Shown: positions 33,561-43,939, numbered from the stretch's first letter. The stretch is 64,000 nucleotides of DNA from Paramoeba atlantica (GCA_977017575.1 CDRNVI010000003.1:496001-560000), one strand, 5' to 3'. Made by a program: numbers and translations. Notes: a model not told the origin generated them from the letters alone.

Positions 33561-34956
33561 GTGGCCCCAGAAATGTACCGAAGTTGCTGGGGGTCCATTG
33601 GAAAAATGGAGGAATGGCGCCACCGTCTTCCGCCGAATATTCCCATCGAAGCCATGGACAAAGGTACCCCCAGAACATCGGAGGATTTAGAGAATGACAT
33701 AGGCTTACTCGCACGTGATCTGTGGGGTAAAATTAAGAACAGTATTGATGATTCCGAAATTTTCGGCATTGCTATGGACGGCGGTACTGATCAACTGCTA
33801 GGTGAACACATTATGCTGGTCGTGCTTTATGCTGGACCTGACCACTGGGTATTACCTCCAATGTACCACAACAGGCACGGTGCATTCAATGGTCAGGAAA
33901 TTGGAACGTCGATTGTACATGATCTGCGACGACACCTCGGCGTTCAACGTCTTCTGAAGTGGGCCTATATAATTGTAGACGTTGCCGCCGTTAACCACGT
34001 AGCACGGGACGAGGCTGAGAATGAGTTGCGAGAACTCTACTTACCACTGTGCATTCTGGGGAACCAAGATTGGATCAATTTAAACAACGCCATTAACAGT
34101 GAAGTTTTGCGGATCGCGCATAATGGAATACGGTTGATACAGCACACATGTAGCTCTCATCCCATGCGTCGGTCACTTCCTAAACAACGTCTCTAAAACC
34201 GCACTCTCTCCCTGGACAAGTACTCCACTATTTAAATTAGACAAGTCCTTTACGAACGCTTTCTGGGGTGGAGGAACAACTTCTTCAAGAGGGCAGTACA
34301 AAGGGGTCGTTTTCGAAGTCCGACTTTTGGAATACGATAAAGCTGGAGTTAGATTGGTACAGAGGTCTTCTTGATGATCAAAGTATGAGCACAACAGAGA
34401 AAGCAAAAGTTGTCAACACCTTGATAAGTTGCTTACAAACGTTACGTCAATTCAACAGAAACATGGTGAGTCTCTAATTGCACATCTTATGTCGGATGAA
34501 AGCTTTCAGGAAAAAGAAAACGCGCTAAATGTTTCTGCCGTGCTAGACGAATTTGAAAGGGCCAAGCAAGCCAAGGTGAGGGCTACCCCTGTACTGGGAG
34601 GAGTTGCACGATGGATTTCCGATAAATTCACTTCCGTTGAGTATATCGCGCAAAAAGCACCGACAATTGCAAAATTTGTGGTGGAAATTTGCGCCAAGAA
34701 CAGGGCTCCACCGTCTTCGATCGAACAGTACTGGGTAATTCTAAAAGAAGAGGGGGCCATTGACGCGATCGCGGTGGAAGGGCATCGATTCCTTAAGCAA
34801 TGCGGACCTATTCGTGACGTTCTGAAGCATTTTTCGGATGTACCAGCGTTTCCAACAGTAGCTCGCGTTTCGAGCGCGTTGAATGAACTCGAGGCATACC
34901 TACAAACGGAACCCATCATATTAGAAGCCTTTCAGCGTCATCGATCCCGATTGTAA
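33561..34956 (+). pseudogene. hAT-like transposase, frameshifted and C-terminally truncated
   Basis: FGIAMDGGTD (first catalytic Asp), YIIVDVAAVN (second Asp), HTCSSH (CxxH), VARWIS (TRW-like). Spread over three frames; no C-terminal SERxFS motif seen. Confidence 0.7.
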
Positions 34957-35212
34957 AGGAAATTTTGAAACCAGAGAGTAAAAACAGCTCCGGAAGGCAA
35001 TAAAGAAAGCCTTTGCGATACTTAGCGTCATCCTTATCGACGCCGAGTCTTAAATTGTATAATTCAGTTCCTTTTAATCTTCCATCGCCCCCCCCCTTTA
35101 TAGGTTCATTTGGGCAAAATCGAGGCTATTATAAACGGGGGGGGGGTACAGTAAAACGAAGTGAAGCAAACATGTTAATGTCACTGCACTCCTAAATGAC
35201 TGCCTCGTGCCA

Positions 35213-35866
35213 TCAAGATAATCTAAGAATACTTCGGACTCTTCGCCCTAATCGGGTGAACCAAGATGCATCTGCCAAGGCGTCATTTTTTCTCTTCAAC
35301 CGCACGTCAACTTGAACAATGGGATTCGTTTCCAAATAACCGAAATATAGACTATATGGCTTCATATCGAACAAAGAAGTATCAATAGGACAGTGTACCA
35401 TTTCATAGTCTTCATTTCTCGACCTCAAGCATACTATTCGACGAGATATATCTCGCATTGAAAGATCGCCTTCTAGTGTGTCATCCGTCAAATTTGTTGT
35501 GCGAAACCTAATGGTGGGATGCTTTCTAGCGTCCAGAACGTAGCTCGAGATGATTTCATAATCAAGAGCAGCTTTCTGGGCTTCAGACAATGGAGTATAT
35601 TCACTATTCGGTCGCCACGAGTTATGAGAGTTCGCCACTTCGTGTAGGGAGCCTACATTCTTTTGGGTAGAAGAGTCCGGGATCGCCCCTAGCGTACGTA
35701 AAGAAAAAGTGTCGAACCAGGCCTCCGGCAGTCCCCTTACTTTGGATATGTCTATGGAAAAGTTCTTGCAAGCTATCCTAAAGTTATTACCCCAACTTGC
35801 CAGTCTGCCTTGCTTAAATACGGACACCTCCACTTCTGCTTCGGGGTATATCCAATTCGTAGTCAT
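35213..35866 (-). CDS. YceI-like (polyisoprenoid/lipid-binding beta-barrel) protein
   Basis: VLDARKHPTIRFRTT...LEGDLSMRDISR matches the YceI signature (LD..KYP.I.F.ST...GDLT..GVT); also FDMKPYS and VSVFKQG.LA. Start taken at MTTNW (35866). Confidence 0.7.
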   Translation of the reverse strand: MTTNWIYPEAEVEVSVFKQGRLASWGNNFRIACKNFSIDISKVRGLPEAWFDTFSLRTLGAIPDSSTQKNVGSLHEVANSHNSWRPNSEYTPLSEAQKAALDYEIISSYVLDARKHPTIRFRTTNLTDDTLEGDLSMRDISRRIVCLRSRNEDYEMVHCPIDTSLFDMKPYSLYFGYLETNPIVQVDVRLKRKNDALADASWFTRLGRRVRSILRLS

Positions 35867-36220
35867 AAATAAAGAAGCCAAAAAACAAGAGACGTAACAA
35901 GAAAATCTGTACCATATTGAATGAAGCTCACTAGTACGGATACACAGGCGTGGTAAGTAATGACACACAACATTAATTCGACGAAACGCTTCTGAAAAAA
36001 AATGTTGCTCACCTCTAGGCCTCAAGGCCTAGAATGTGACCATGTCAAACATCAGTTCCCTTCTATTCACATCGTTTTCGAGGCATTCAATCCACTTGAA
36101 TCTACACGTTAAAAACAACATGTGGAGATCATAGAACTATAAAACAATGGTCTTGAAAATCCAAGTGTGTCTGGAGTGATAGTATGCGAGAAGAATTTCG
36201 TAAGAACATTCCGCCTGGTA

Positions 36221-39200
36221 TTACCTAGGCCATGAGTGTTCTGTGCCATGCGGCGGGGTAGCCTCGTGAGGACCTATTTTATATTCCTGCGTGGGCTTCT
36301 CCGTCCTAAATTTATACTCCGGACTTCCCCATCGTTCCACCGGCTGGTCTCGCTTCATCGACTCCACAGTCTGGAGTTTGTGTTGAACGTTCCGCGCGGC
36401 TAGCTGGTAGCAATAGTTAATCGTCCGCAGGTACTTCCCTCCCCAGGAGGCAAACCCATGCACGCTGTGCTGACGCTCCTCTACCCCTTGCCGGACCTTT
36501 TCATACAGCGGAGCCAGCTTGGCGTGTGCCAGAAAGTTTAGCCGGGTGTGAGCGTTGTGCATGGCCCCTAGAAGCGCTTTCTGTGCCTCCGCAATCCCCA
36601 GACTCCCTTCAGAAGTATTATTCAAACGGAGGTCGGTGACAATTCCGGAGCCGTCCACCTCCGCCACCGCAAGGGCTTGTCCAACAGCATGCTCGTAATC
36701 CCCCCTCGCGGACAGACTGGTCACCTTGTCCTGGGCGTACCACACAGGGCCGTTCAGGTTTCGCATATCTACGTCCTCCTGTTCGAGTTCGTCATAAATC
36801 CACCACCCCGACTCGGAACCCTCAAAGGATCGAGTAAACAGCGCGCGGCGTCGGGACATCCACTCATCGAGCAGTAACCCGGGATGAAGCTGCTCGTGTA
36901 CGGCAAACAACGACCGTTCCGTGTCAATCTCATCCTCAGAGATGCCGCGGACGTTGGGATCCTCCACACCCACTGCAGAGCGCAATGTATGTGCAACATA
37001 CGCCATACTCACCTCCCCCTGCGGAGTCACGCGTTGTCCGAGCTCAAATTCCTGATCAATCGGGATATCATACTCCCGAGAACGTAAAAACCGCACCAGT
37101 CCGGGAAGCTCTTGCTTCGGAAAAAACTCCTCATCCACAAGTGTATCCCCGACCCCCTCCTTAATATCCTGCTCCAAGGCATCCTGCACCACAAAAGCCT
37201 CGGAATGGCCCTCCACACAACATGCGGGGTGTCGCGTTGGGGTGACACTCCTACGGTAGGCTCGTATCCGAATCCGGTATGTCCCCCCAGGCAACGAGCT
37301 CGGGTCCCCCCCAAGCCCTCGCCCCACATACGGCAGCAGCACCTCCACACGCGGTTCCCCCGTGAGCTCCACGTTATCGTGCAATACCGCCGCAAACACC
37401 CAGCCCTCGTGTTCCGTGTCGTCGGGGTGCTGGTCGGAGTCCACAAAGGACTGCGTTAATCTCATGTCCTCTTCGGGTTCTGTGTCGTCCAGTAATCCCA
37501 CAGAGGGGTCCGTGAGATACGCATGGGCGGCATCACACGCAGCCGGGCGGCGTAACACGTGCTGACAGAACCACAGGGTGTACCAGGAGACGTCCCGTAG
37601 CCGGGGGTCTTGCGCACACAGCGCTGTGGCCTCGGAGTGGGTCGCGGCGGAGGCTGCGCGGTCCTTTGGAGTTTTCTTTCGCCACAGGGTGAGCTCGAGA
37701 GTTGCTTTTTGTCGTCGATGGAACGCGGCAAGGATGCGATCCTTGCCGGAAGGGGGGAGGGGGGTGTCGAGCTCTGGGGGATGCCAGTGGAAGGCGATGG
37801 TGGCCTTGGTGCCGAGTTTCCAAGCCAGCGCGGGGTGGTCCCCGGTGGAGGTACGTCGTAGGGAGATATCCGTGAGGGGACCCCCACTCTCGGTGGAGGC
37901 AGCAAACTCCTCACGGGCCCTTTCTAGGTAGCGTCGCCGGAGTTTTCCCAGTCTCGAGCGAGCGGAGCGTAGCACCTTTGCGAGGTTTTCTTCCCAATCG
38001 ACCATTTGTACTGACGAGGCACTCTCTTTGGAGTGGTCTTCCAGGGCATCCACTCCGGCCTCGGCCATAATGTCAGCGTGGCTCTGCCGATAGGTAAAAG
38101 GGGATGAGTAGTCAATAGCGTCCGCATGGGGACGTGATAGGAAATACGCCTTCGCTAAGGCACGGACCTGCGTGGGCGTTCCATGTTGGAAAACGTACTC
38201 CCTACTTCCGTTGGGTGTGTGCTGGACGTAATTTCCTGAACCAAAGAACGTCCAATTGAGTTTGCACCAGATTTCATTCATACTCGGAATGATGGTTCCG
38301 CTTCCGAAGTCAAATGTGCTCTTGCGTAGGCTGTCCAAAAGCGCTTTTACAATTACATCCTCTGCTCCTGCGTTCTCGCATCGTACCCGTTGCCATGAGC
38401 GTGCAAAGCGCAGCTTGTGGGCATAGGTGGTGTACATGTGTTCACGCTGCATTTCATTCACGCGTTCATAGGTAGACCAGTACTCGTTGAGAGTAAAGGA
38501 ACATCCAGGAATCGTTTCATTTAACATTGCGGTTATGGACTCGTGTTCCGACTTCCACTCGGGCGTTGTGTCTCTCGGATCCGTAGGGTCAAAAGATCCT
38601 TCTAGAATTCGGATTTCTTCAAGCGAACGTTCATGGAGACACATCTGAATTTGCTCCTCCTCTGTCATTATTGACCAAGCCTTTCGTACATTCTTTTCTA
38701 TTTGTCTGATGCGTCTATTAGCATAAATGTCATGAACCTTCGAATATTGCGACGCTATGCGATCTGCAATAAACGCCCAACTTTTGGCTCTTTCAATATC
38801 TTTACTCAGCATTGCAACGAAATCCTTGCGCTCGTCGTTTAAAGGCTTTACACGATAACAAAAATCTTTAAGTTCCGCGCCATCGTAGTATGCAAACGCA
38901 GAGAGATTCAAATTTGAGTGAGGTTGATCGCCTTGAGAGTTTCTCGCAGTAGACCAAAACTGGTAAAGCTTTTCAGCATCCGCGTTTTCTAAAAGGTGTT
39001 CGAAATCCTTCATATGACGAGGCCTTGTGCCGAGTAGGCTATCAATCCCCTTCGCGGTTTCCTGAAAAGTGGGGCAGTCTTCCCATCGTGTAGCTTCTAG
39101 ATCAGCAGGATCTGCTAAAGGCGTTTTTTCATCACCCGCAAAACTCAGTTTTCCTACGTCGCTTGGGGCTCGGGAATGCTGTCGCATGTCCATTAAAATG

Positions 39201-39634
39201 CGTTCTTTGAAAATGCGCCGGTAAAAATCTTTAGATTGTTTGCGATGAGATTCGTCAGGACTGGCAAGATCCGTTCCAAGAAAGTCCTCACGCAGGATGT
39301 TGCGTCGGCGAGTAATTTCTTCGGGTGTTAGTGAGAGTGGGGCATCCACTACAGGATCCTTACCCACTTGAAGCCATCGTGCTATAACTTGATCTCGTGA
39401 GAGTCCGAAAACTGACCCCTCCGGACCCCAGGAAAGGCTGTGGTCCATATCCGTAGCCAGACTTTTAATAATGTTCACGGGTGGCTCTTTTTCCTTCGCG
39501 TCTGCATCCGCCGGAGATGTGGTAGATGTGGAGCACCAGCGACTCTCCCTTGATAGTGTACCTAGTGGAGACGAAGGCGCGCAATGATGCACCAAACTTC
39601 TCTCTCTGCGTTGCACAAAGCGTCTTATACTCAT
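36221..39634 (-). CDS. Large (1137 aa) probably mitochondrial protein, lineage-specific; possibly a mitoribosomal or RNA-processing subunit
   Basis: Long intact ORF with an Arg/Ser-rich presequence-like N-terminus (MSIRRFVQRRERSL...RWCST); no catalytic motif recognised. The function is a guess. Confidence 0.75.
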   Translation of the reverse strand: MSIRRFVQRRERSLVHHCAPSSPLGTLSRESRWCSTSTTSPADADAKEKEPPVNIIKSLATDMDHSLSWGPEGSVFGLSRDQVIARWLQVGKDPVVDAPLSLTPEEITRRRNILREDFLGTDLASPDESHRKQSKDFYRRIFKERILMDMRQHSRAPSDVGKLSFAGDEKTPLADPADLEATRWEDCPTFQETAKGIDSLLGTRPRHMKDFEHLLENADAEKLYQFWSTARNSQGDQPHSNLNLSAFAYYDGAELKDFCYRVKPLNDERKDFVAMLSKDIERAKSWAFIADRIASQYSKVHDIYANRRIRQIEKNVRKAWSIMTEEEQIQMCLHERSLEEIRILEGSFDPTDPRDTTPEWKSEHESITAMLNETIPGCSFTLNEYWSTYERVNEMQREHMYTTYAHKLRFARSWQRVRCENAGAEDVIVKALLDSLRKSTFDFGSGTIIPSMNEIWCKLNWTFFGSGNYVQHTPNGSREYVFQHGTPTQVRALAKAYFLSRPHADAIDYSSPFTYRQSHADIMAEAGVDALEDHSKESASSVQMVDWEENLAKVLRSARSRLGKLRRRYLERAREEFAASTESGGPLTDISLRRTSTGDHPALAWKLGTKATIAFHWHPPELDTPLPPSGKDRILAAFHRRQKATLELTLWRKKTPKDRAASAATHSEATALCAQDPRLRDVSWYTLWFCQHVLRRPAACDAAHAYLTDPSVGLLDDTEPEEDMRLTQSFVDSDQHPDDTEHEGWVFAAVLHDNVELTGEPRVEVLLPYVGRGLGGDPSSLPGGTYRIRIRAYRRSVTPTRHPACCVEGHSEAFVVQDALEQDIKEGVGDTLVDEEFFPKQELPGLVRFLRSREYDIPIDQEFELGQRVTPQGEVSMAYVAHTLRSAVGVEDPNVRGISEDEIDTERSLFAVHEQLHPGLLLDEWMSRRRALFTRSFEGSESGWWIYDELEQEDVDMRNLNGPVWYAQDKVTSLSARGDYEHAVGQALAVAEVDGSGIVTDLRLNNTSEGSLGIAEAQKALLGAMHNAHTRLNFLAHAKLAPLYEKVRQGVEERQHSVHGFASWGGKYLRTINYCYQLAARNVQHKLQTVESMKRDQPVERWGSPEYKFRTEKPTQEYKIGPHEATPPHGTEHSWPR

Positions 39635-40060
39635 GAGTAATATTTCTATACTCTAATAAATGTAATAAAAGATTGAAATATATTTATAAACATAATGAGT
39701 ATGTACACATGTGCATAGTATAGTTTCAATACTACAGGTATTTCATTGGCTCCCAACCTTGTCAGCTGTAGTGTATTCCTAGTATGGGAGAACGCAGTAT
39801 AGAAGAACCCTTCGTAATGTACACCAAAAATAAAGACAAAAACCAATGAGTCACCAAGTTATTATGAACAAGTCGAAGAAAAAGAAAAGAGAAACGGCAA
39901 GCAAGAAACGAGGTGAGACAGAAAAATAAAACTACGCAAGCAGCAAAACAATAATTTTTAATTAATTTTTATTGATTAAAAGTAGGAAAACTTACTGTAC
40001 TAAAGCAAAATCCTATACTCTCGTGCCCTCCGTCGCTGAGCGCAGTTCCTCGCTTGCTTC

Positions 40061-41968
40061 TTAGCTTGCTTTCCTTCCAATACGAAACATCCTTCGGACA
40101 CCCCATGGAAGAACCACACCCACAACCAACACAACCCCCACAATCGTAATGGAGTACCTCACTACCTTGCGCACCACCCCACCCGCTACTTTACACAACG
40201 GGTTGTACCACGGACAAGACCCTCTCCTGCGAGACCCCTTCTCCTTCGCCACAACATACTCCACTCGATCGAACCGAACCGGAACTTGCAACTGTGGCAT
40301 TTTCGGAGTTATTCCCTCACTTTCCCACCGCAGTGTAGCCTGACAGTAGTCCTCCCCCTCCACAAAGACATGTAAAAAACACGTCTGTGTCCCCGCGGGT
40401 CCGAGGGTGAGACTTAACTCCACCTCAGCCTCCTCCCCGGGCCCGAGGCTCTGGTGCACCGCGGGGGTGCGTACCGTACTACTGGCATTACACCCCATAG
40501 TGAGCGACCCGGCAGTGTCCTTCTCAAAGTTACGTACCCTCACTTTTAGCACCCCCCGGCCCTGGGCAAAGCCATGGCCATGGGGAGTCATAGTAGTACT
40601 CACCGTATTCGTACTCTTAGTCGTAGGACTCGTAGCCGTAGGACTCGTAGTCGTAGGACTCGTAGCCGTAGGACTCGTAGTCGCAGGACTCGTAGCCGTA
40701 GGACTCGTAGTCGCAGGACGCATAGTCGTAGGACTCGTAGCCGTAGGACTCGTACTCGTAGGAATCGTAGTCGTAGGACTCGTAGTCCCACTACCCGTAC
40801 TCACAGGACGCGTAGTCCCCCTCCTTGTCCCCCTCCCCACGGTGGCCCCCACCAAGACCACGTGCATGCGGCCGGAGCCTACGGCATGGATCTCGGTGAG
40901 GTGCTCGGTGGCATCAATCGTGAGGGTGACCAGAGAGGTGTGCCGCTGGGGGGGCAGCCCGTAGCTGAGGGCGTTGTCCCCGTCGCGGTACCCCAGGAAG
41001 GGGCCGAAGTCCGCGGGGAAGAACGAGGTGGTGTTGCCCACCCGCGCGGAGGCGGTGGCCTCGGAGAGGAGGTCGGCGAGTTGGTTGTGGAGACCGTGCC
41101 CGGCGGGGGCACGGCAGCGCTCGGGTTGGTGGACGTAGGCGGTGGGGGAGACACCGATTTTGTTGCACTGGGAGCCGTCCAGGGAGAATTTGGTTTTGTC
41201 AATCAGCGCGGGGTTGGTGCCGTTTTGGGAGACGACGAAAAATTTGTCGGAGAAGGTGGGGGGGTGGACGGGGGTCGCAAAGTCAGCGTGGTACTCTAAG
41301 GTGAGGTTTTCTTTTCGTACGGTCGGGGTGGAGGTGCTGACCTGAATGAATTCGCGCCAAGTGGTGGACAGATTCGCTGCAAGGGAGATCGTGGATTCGA
41401 TTTGCGGGGGTTGAACCTCAAAGACGTGATACCAGGTGTGGTTGTACCGTAGACAGGTCACCAGAGAGCGCATGGTACCCATCCGGCAGCGGAGATCTCC
41501 GCGAAACAGTCGTGGGGGACAGAGACCGGCAACCGCACAGGCCGAACACCGGCAGCAAAACCCATGGCGTGAGCCACACATTTCCTCTACTACCCTATCA
41601 CAGTCTATGACATTGGTGAGGATGTGAGTCTCATACGGCGCCGCATCCACAGTTTACTGATAGACGAGGGGGTAATGCAAAACCACCGCAGGCTTTTTAA
41701 GAGATAACTCAATGGGAGAACGAAATTGGCGAGAGACACCACTGGAGGTATCCGTCGCCTTGGTGAGCAGAAAAGTCTCCGTTCCGTAAATGGCGCCTTC
41801 CTCCACAGAAAGGGTAACTTTGAGTAGGTGTCGCAACTTGCTAGGGGTTTTCTTATCCAAGACCGACGTAACGGAGGTCGCAACAATAGGGCACTTCGCG
41901 AAAGAAAGGTGTGTCGCAAGGACACACAATATCAACAAAGGTGGGGGACTATTTGATTTTTCACCCAT
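40061..41968 (-). pseudogene. HAP2: HAP2/GCS1 gamete fusogen, full length (635 codons) but with one in-frame TAA at codon 105
   Basis: Track ORFs 41654-42061 and 40061-41650 are the same frame: signal peptide MGEKS..LLILCVLATHLSFA, LKVTLSV, PIELSLKKPAVVLHYPLVYQ*TVDAAPYE, GFCCRCSAC, TCLRYNHTWYHVF, QCNKIGVS..AY..QPERC...LHNQL, Ig-like domain III, TM and basic tail. Confidence 0.9.
40618..40812 (-). repeat. 15-bp coding tandem repeat (11 good + 2 degenerate units) encoding (A/T)TSPT inside HAP2
   Basis: TAG(T/C)CGTAGGACTCG units start at 40618, 40633, ... 40768. Confidence 0.95.
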
Positions 41969-42439
41969 TACAAGGAAATATGTATTTAAGTGAAACTGAT
42001 TGAAGTACTTAAAAGTGTATAAATTACTTACACTGTTCGTATGTAAGATGTACATTTGCATTTACACCTCCCTACAACCCGGGAAACTGCCTAGTCCACA
42101 ATATACTAGTACTACTTTGCGAGAGCTCTCCGATGAGCTATTATTTTCGAGGATTAGCTAAATTTTACAAAATTTAGACCCTCCCAGCATCTGCTTTGCA
42201 CCCCTGTATGCCTTGCAAGAAAATATTTAACTGGAGGTGTTTGGTTACGTTGCAATCGTGAGGGTTACCAGTCCGTTTCGAACTTCGAACACCATGATTT
42301 ACAATGCGTATGCTTTCACACTTTATCTACTATCTCAAACTGGGGATATCTTGACTTGCATGTGCACGCAGTTATTTTTTTAGCGGTGCTCAGCAAAATC
42401 CCATGAAACTACCCCAAGTGCTGAAAATGGTAGTGCATA

Positions 42440-43939
42440 TTACGTTTGTGGTGCATTTTCGCTTCGTTTACCGTCGATGTAATAATATGCTGGCACCCGC
42501 ATCGAGCATAGCTCCTCGGAAGAAGTCGGATGCACACCAATCGTATTGTAAAAATCTTTTACTTTTGCTCCAAGACGCACAGCCACAGCTACCCCTTGAA
42601 TCATTTCCGGGGTATCGGAACCTAGCAAATGTACTCCAACGACTAACCCAGTATCGTAATCCGACACCAGTTTCATGAGGACTGCCTTGTGTGAAGCACC
42701 CGTCAGCTGGTGCATCATGGGCGTAAATCTAGTTTTGTACACCGCAACGCGGGAAAATTTGCTTGCAGCATTCTCCTCAAGAATGCCGACAGTAGCAATG
42801 GGAGGAATAGAAAATACCGCAGATGGGATATTCGTGTGATCTACCGGAACTTGTGAATTGCCAAACATATTACCAGCAACGCGAAATCCTTCATGAATGG
42901 CTACAGGAGTAAGATTGACTCGGTCTGTTATATCTCCCACAGCCCAAACGTTGGCCAATGAGGTTTGACTAAATTCATTGACGTTTACAGCTCCATTTTT
43001 GGCTATATGAACACCTGCCTCTTGCAGACCTAGAGCTGCCGTACGTGGCTGTCGTCCTGTTGCACAGATAATAAGATCCAGATCCCGAAAAATGTTTCCC
43101 TTATTGGTAAACACACACTTTTTTCCTGAAGTTGACTGTATCGCAGTAGCTTGTTCATTGAAATGAATTTCTACTCCCGGACATTTGCTTAATTGTGCCT
43201 TGAGCTCTTGACGACAATCAACATCAAACCCACGAAGAAATAGTTCACCGCGATAAAGCAAAATAATGTTAGGAACACCTAGCCCATGTAGAATGGAGGC
43301 GAATTCGACGGCGATGTATCCTCCCCCAATTATTAGAACTCGGTTGGGTTGCTCAGATAAATAAAAAACTTCATTGCTTGTCACGACATGCTCAATACCC
43401 GGAATTGCAGGCTTGATAGGCCAACCACCGCAACTGAGCAAAATGTGTTCGCTCTTCACCGTGTGCTCTATAGCTGATTGTTCATTCCTTTGATCAATAT
43501 CTTCTGTGATATATACACTCTTTCCGTCGCGACCAAGTGCTCCCCAACCTTGCACCAGGTCCATCTTAGCATCCTTGAACATTTCAATATAGGACTCGTT
43601 TATGCTCCGGATTGTTTTATCCTTCTTCTGCATCAGAGATCCCCATTCAAGTTTCGGAAAAGCAGGAAAATTCCAACCAAATCCTTTGGCATCTTGAAAA
43701 TTGTGATAAAAATTAGCCGCTTGTACCAAAAGCTTTTTAGGAACACAACCAACATTGACGCACGTACCTCCAACGGCCGAGAAATGAGGCGGTCCATGAA
43801 AAATTTGTGGCTCCACAACCAGAACTTTTGCTCCGTACAGGGTCGCACTGTAGTATGCTGCCTCCAGCCCACCAGACCCTGCACCGAGCACTATGAGATC
43901 GTACGAACGAGCAGCTGCGGCTACTAGAGGTAGAGTCAT
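42440..43939 (-). CDS. TR: Trypanothione reductase
   Basis: GAGSGGLEA FAD motif, kinetoplastid-type HGPPHFSAVGGTCVNVGCVPKKL redox loop, IGGGYIAVEFA, and C-terminal TIGVHPTSSEELCSMR. Confidence 0.95.
   Translation of the reverse strand: MTLPLVAAAARSYDLIVLGAGSGGLEAAYYSATLYGAKVLVVEPQIFHGPPHFSAVGGTCVNVGCVPKKLLVQAANFYHNFQDAKGFGWNFPAFPKLEWGSLMQKKDKTIRSINESYIEMFKDAKMDLVQGWGALGRDGKSVYITEDIDQRNEQSAIEHTVKSEHILLSCGGWPIKPAIPGIEHVVTSNEVFYLSEQPNRVLIIGGGYIAVEFASILHGLGVPNIILLYRGELFLRGFDVDCRQELKAQLSKCPGVEIHFNEQATAIQSTSGKKCVFTNKGNIFRDLDLIICATGRQPRTAALGLQEAGVHIAKNGAVNVNEFSQTSLANVWAVGDITDRVNLTPVAIHEGFRVAGNMFGNSQVPVDHTNIPSAVFSIPPIATVGILEENAASKFSRVAVYKTRFTPMMHQLTGASHKAVLMKLVSDYDTGLVVGVHLLGSDTPEMIQGVAVAVRLGAKVKDFYNTIGVHPTSSEELCSMRVPAYYYIDGKRSENAPQT

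Noticed and set aside
40407-41299. Plus-strand ORFs with RTRSR or VVVGL repeats
   Set aside because: Antisense shadows of the HAP2 15-bp repeat and GC-rich coding sequence.
41654-41656. Genome-wide stop-codon reassignment (Blastocrithidia-like) explaining the HAP2 TAA
   Set aside because: No other conserved gene in the window has internal stops, and TAA terminates TR, SRAP and HAP2 itself at expected positions.
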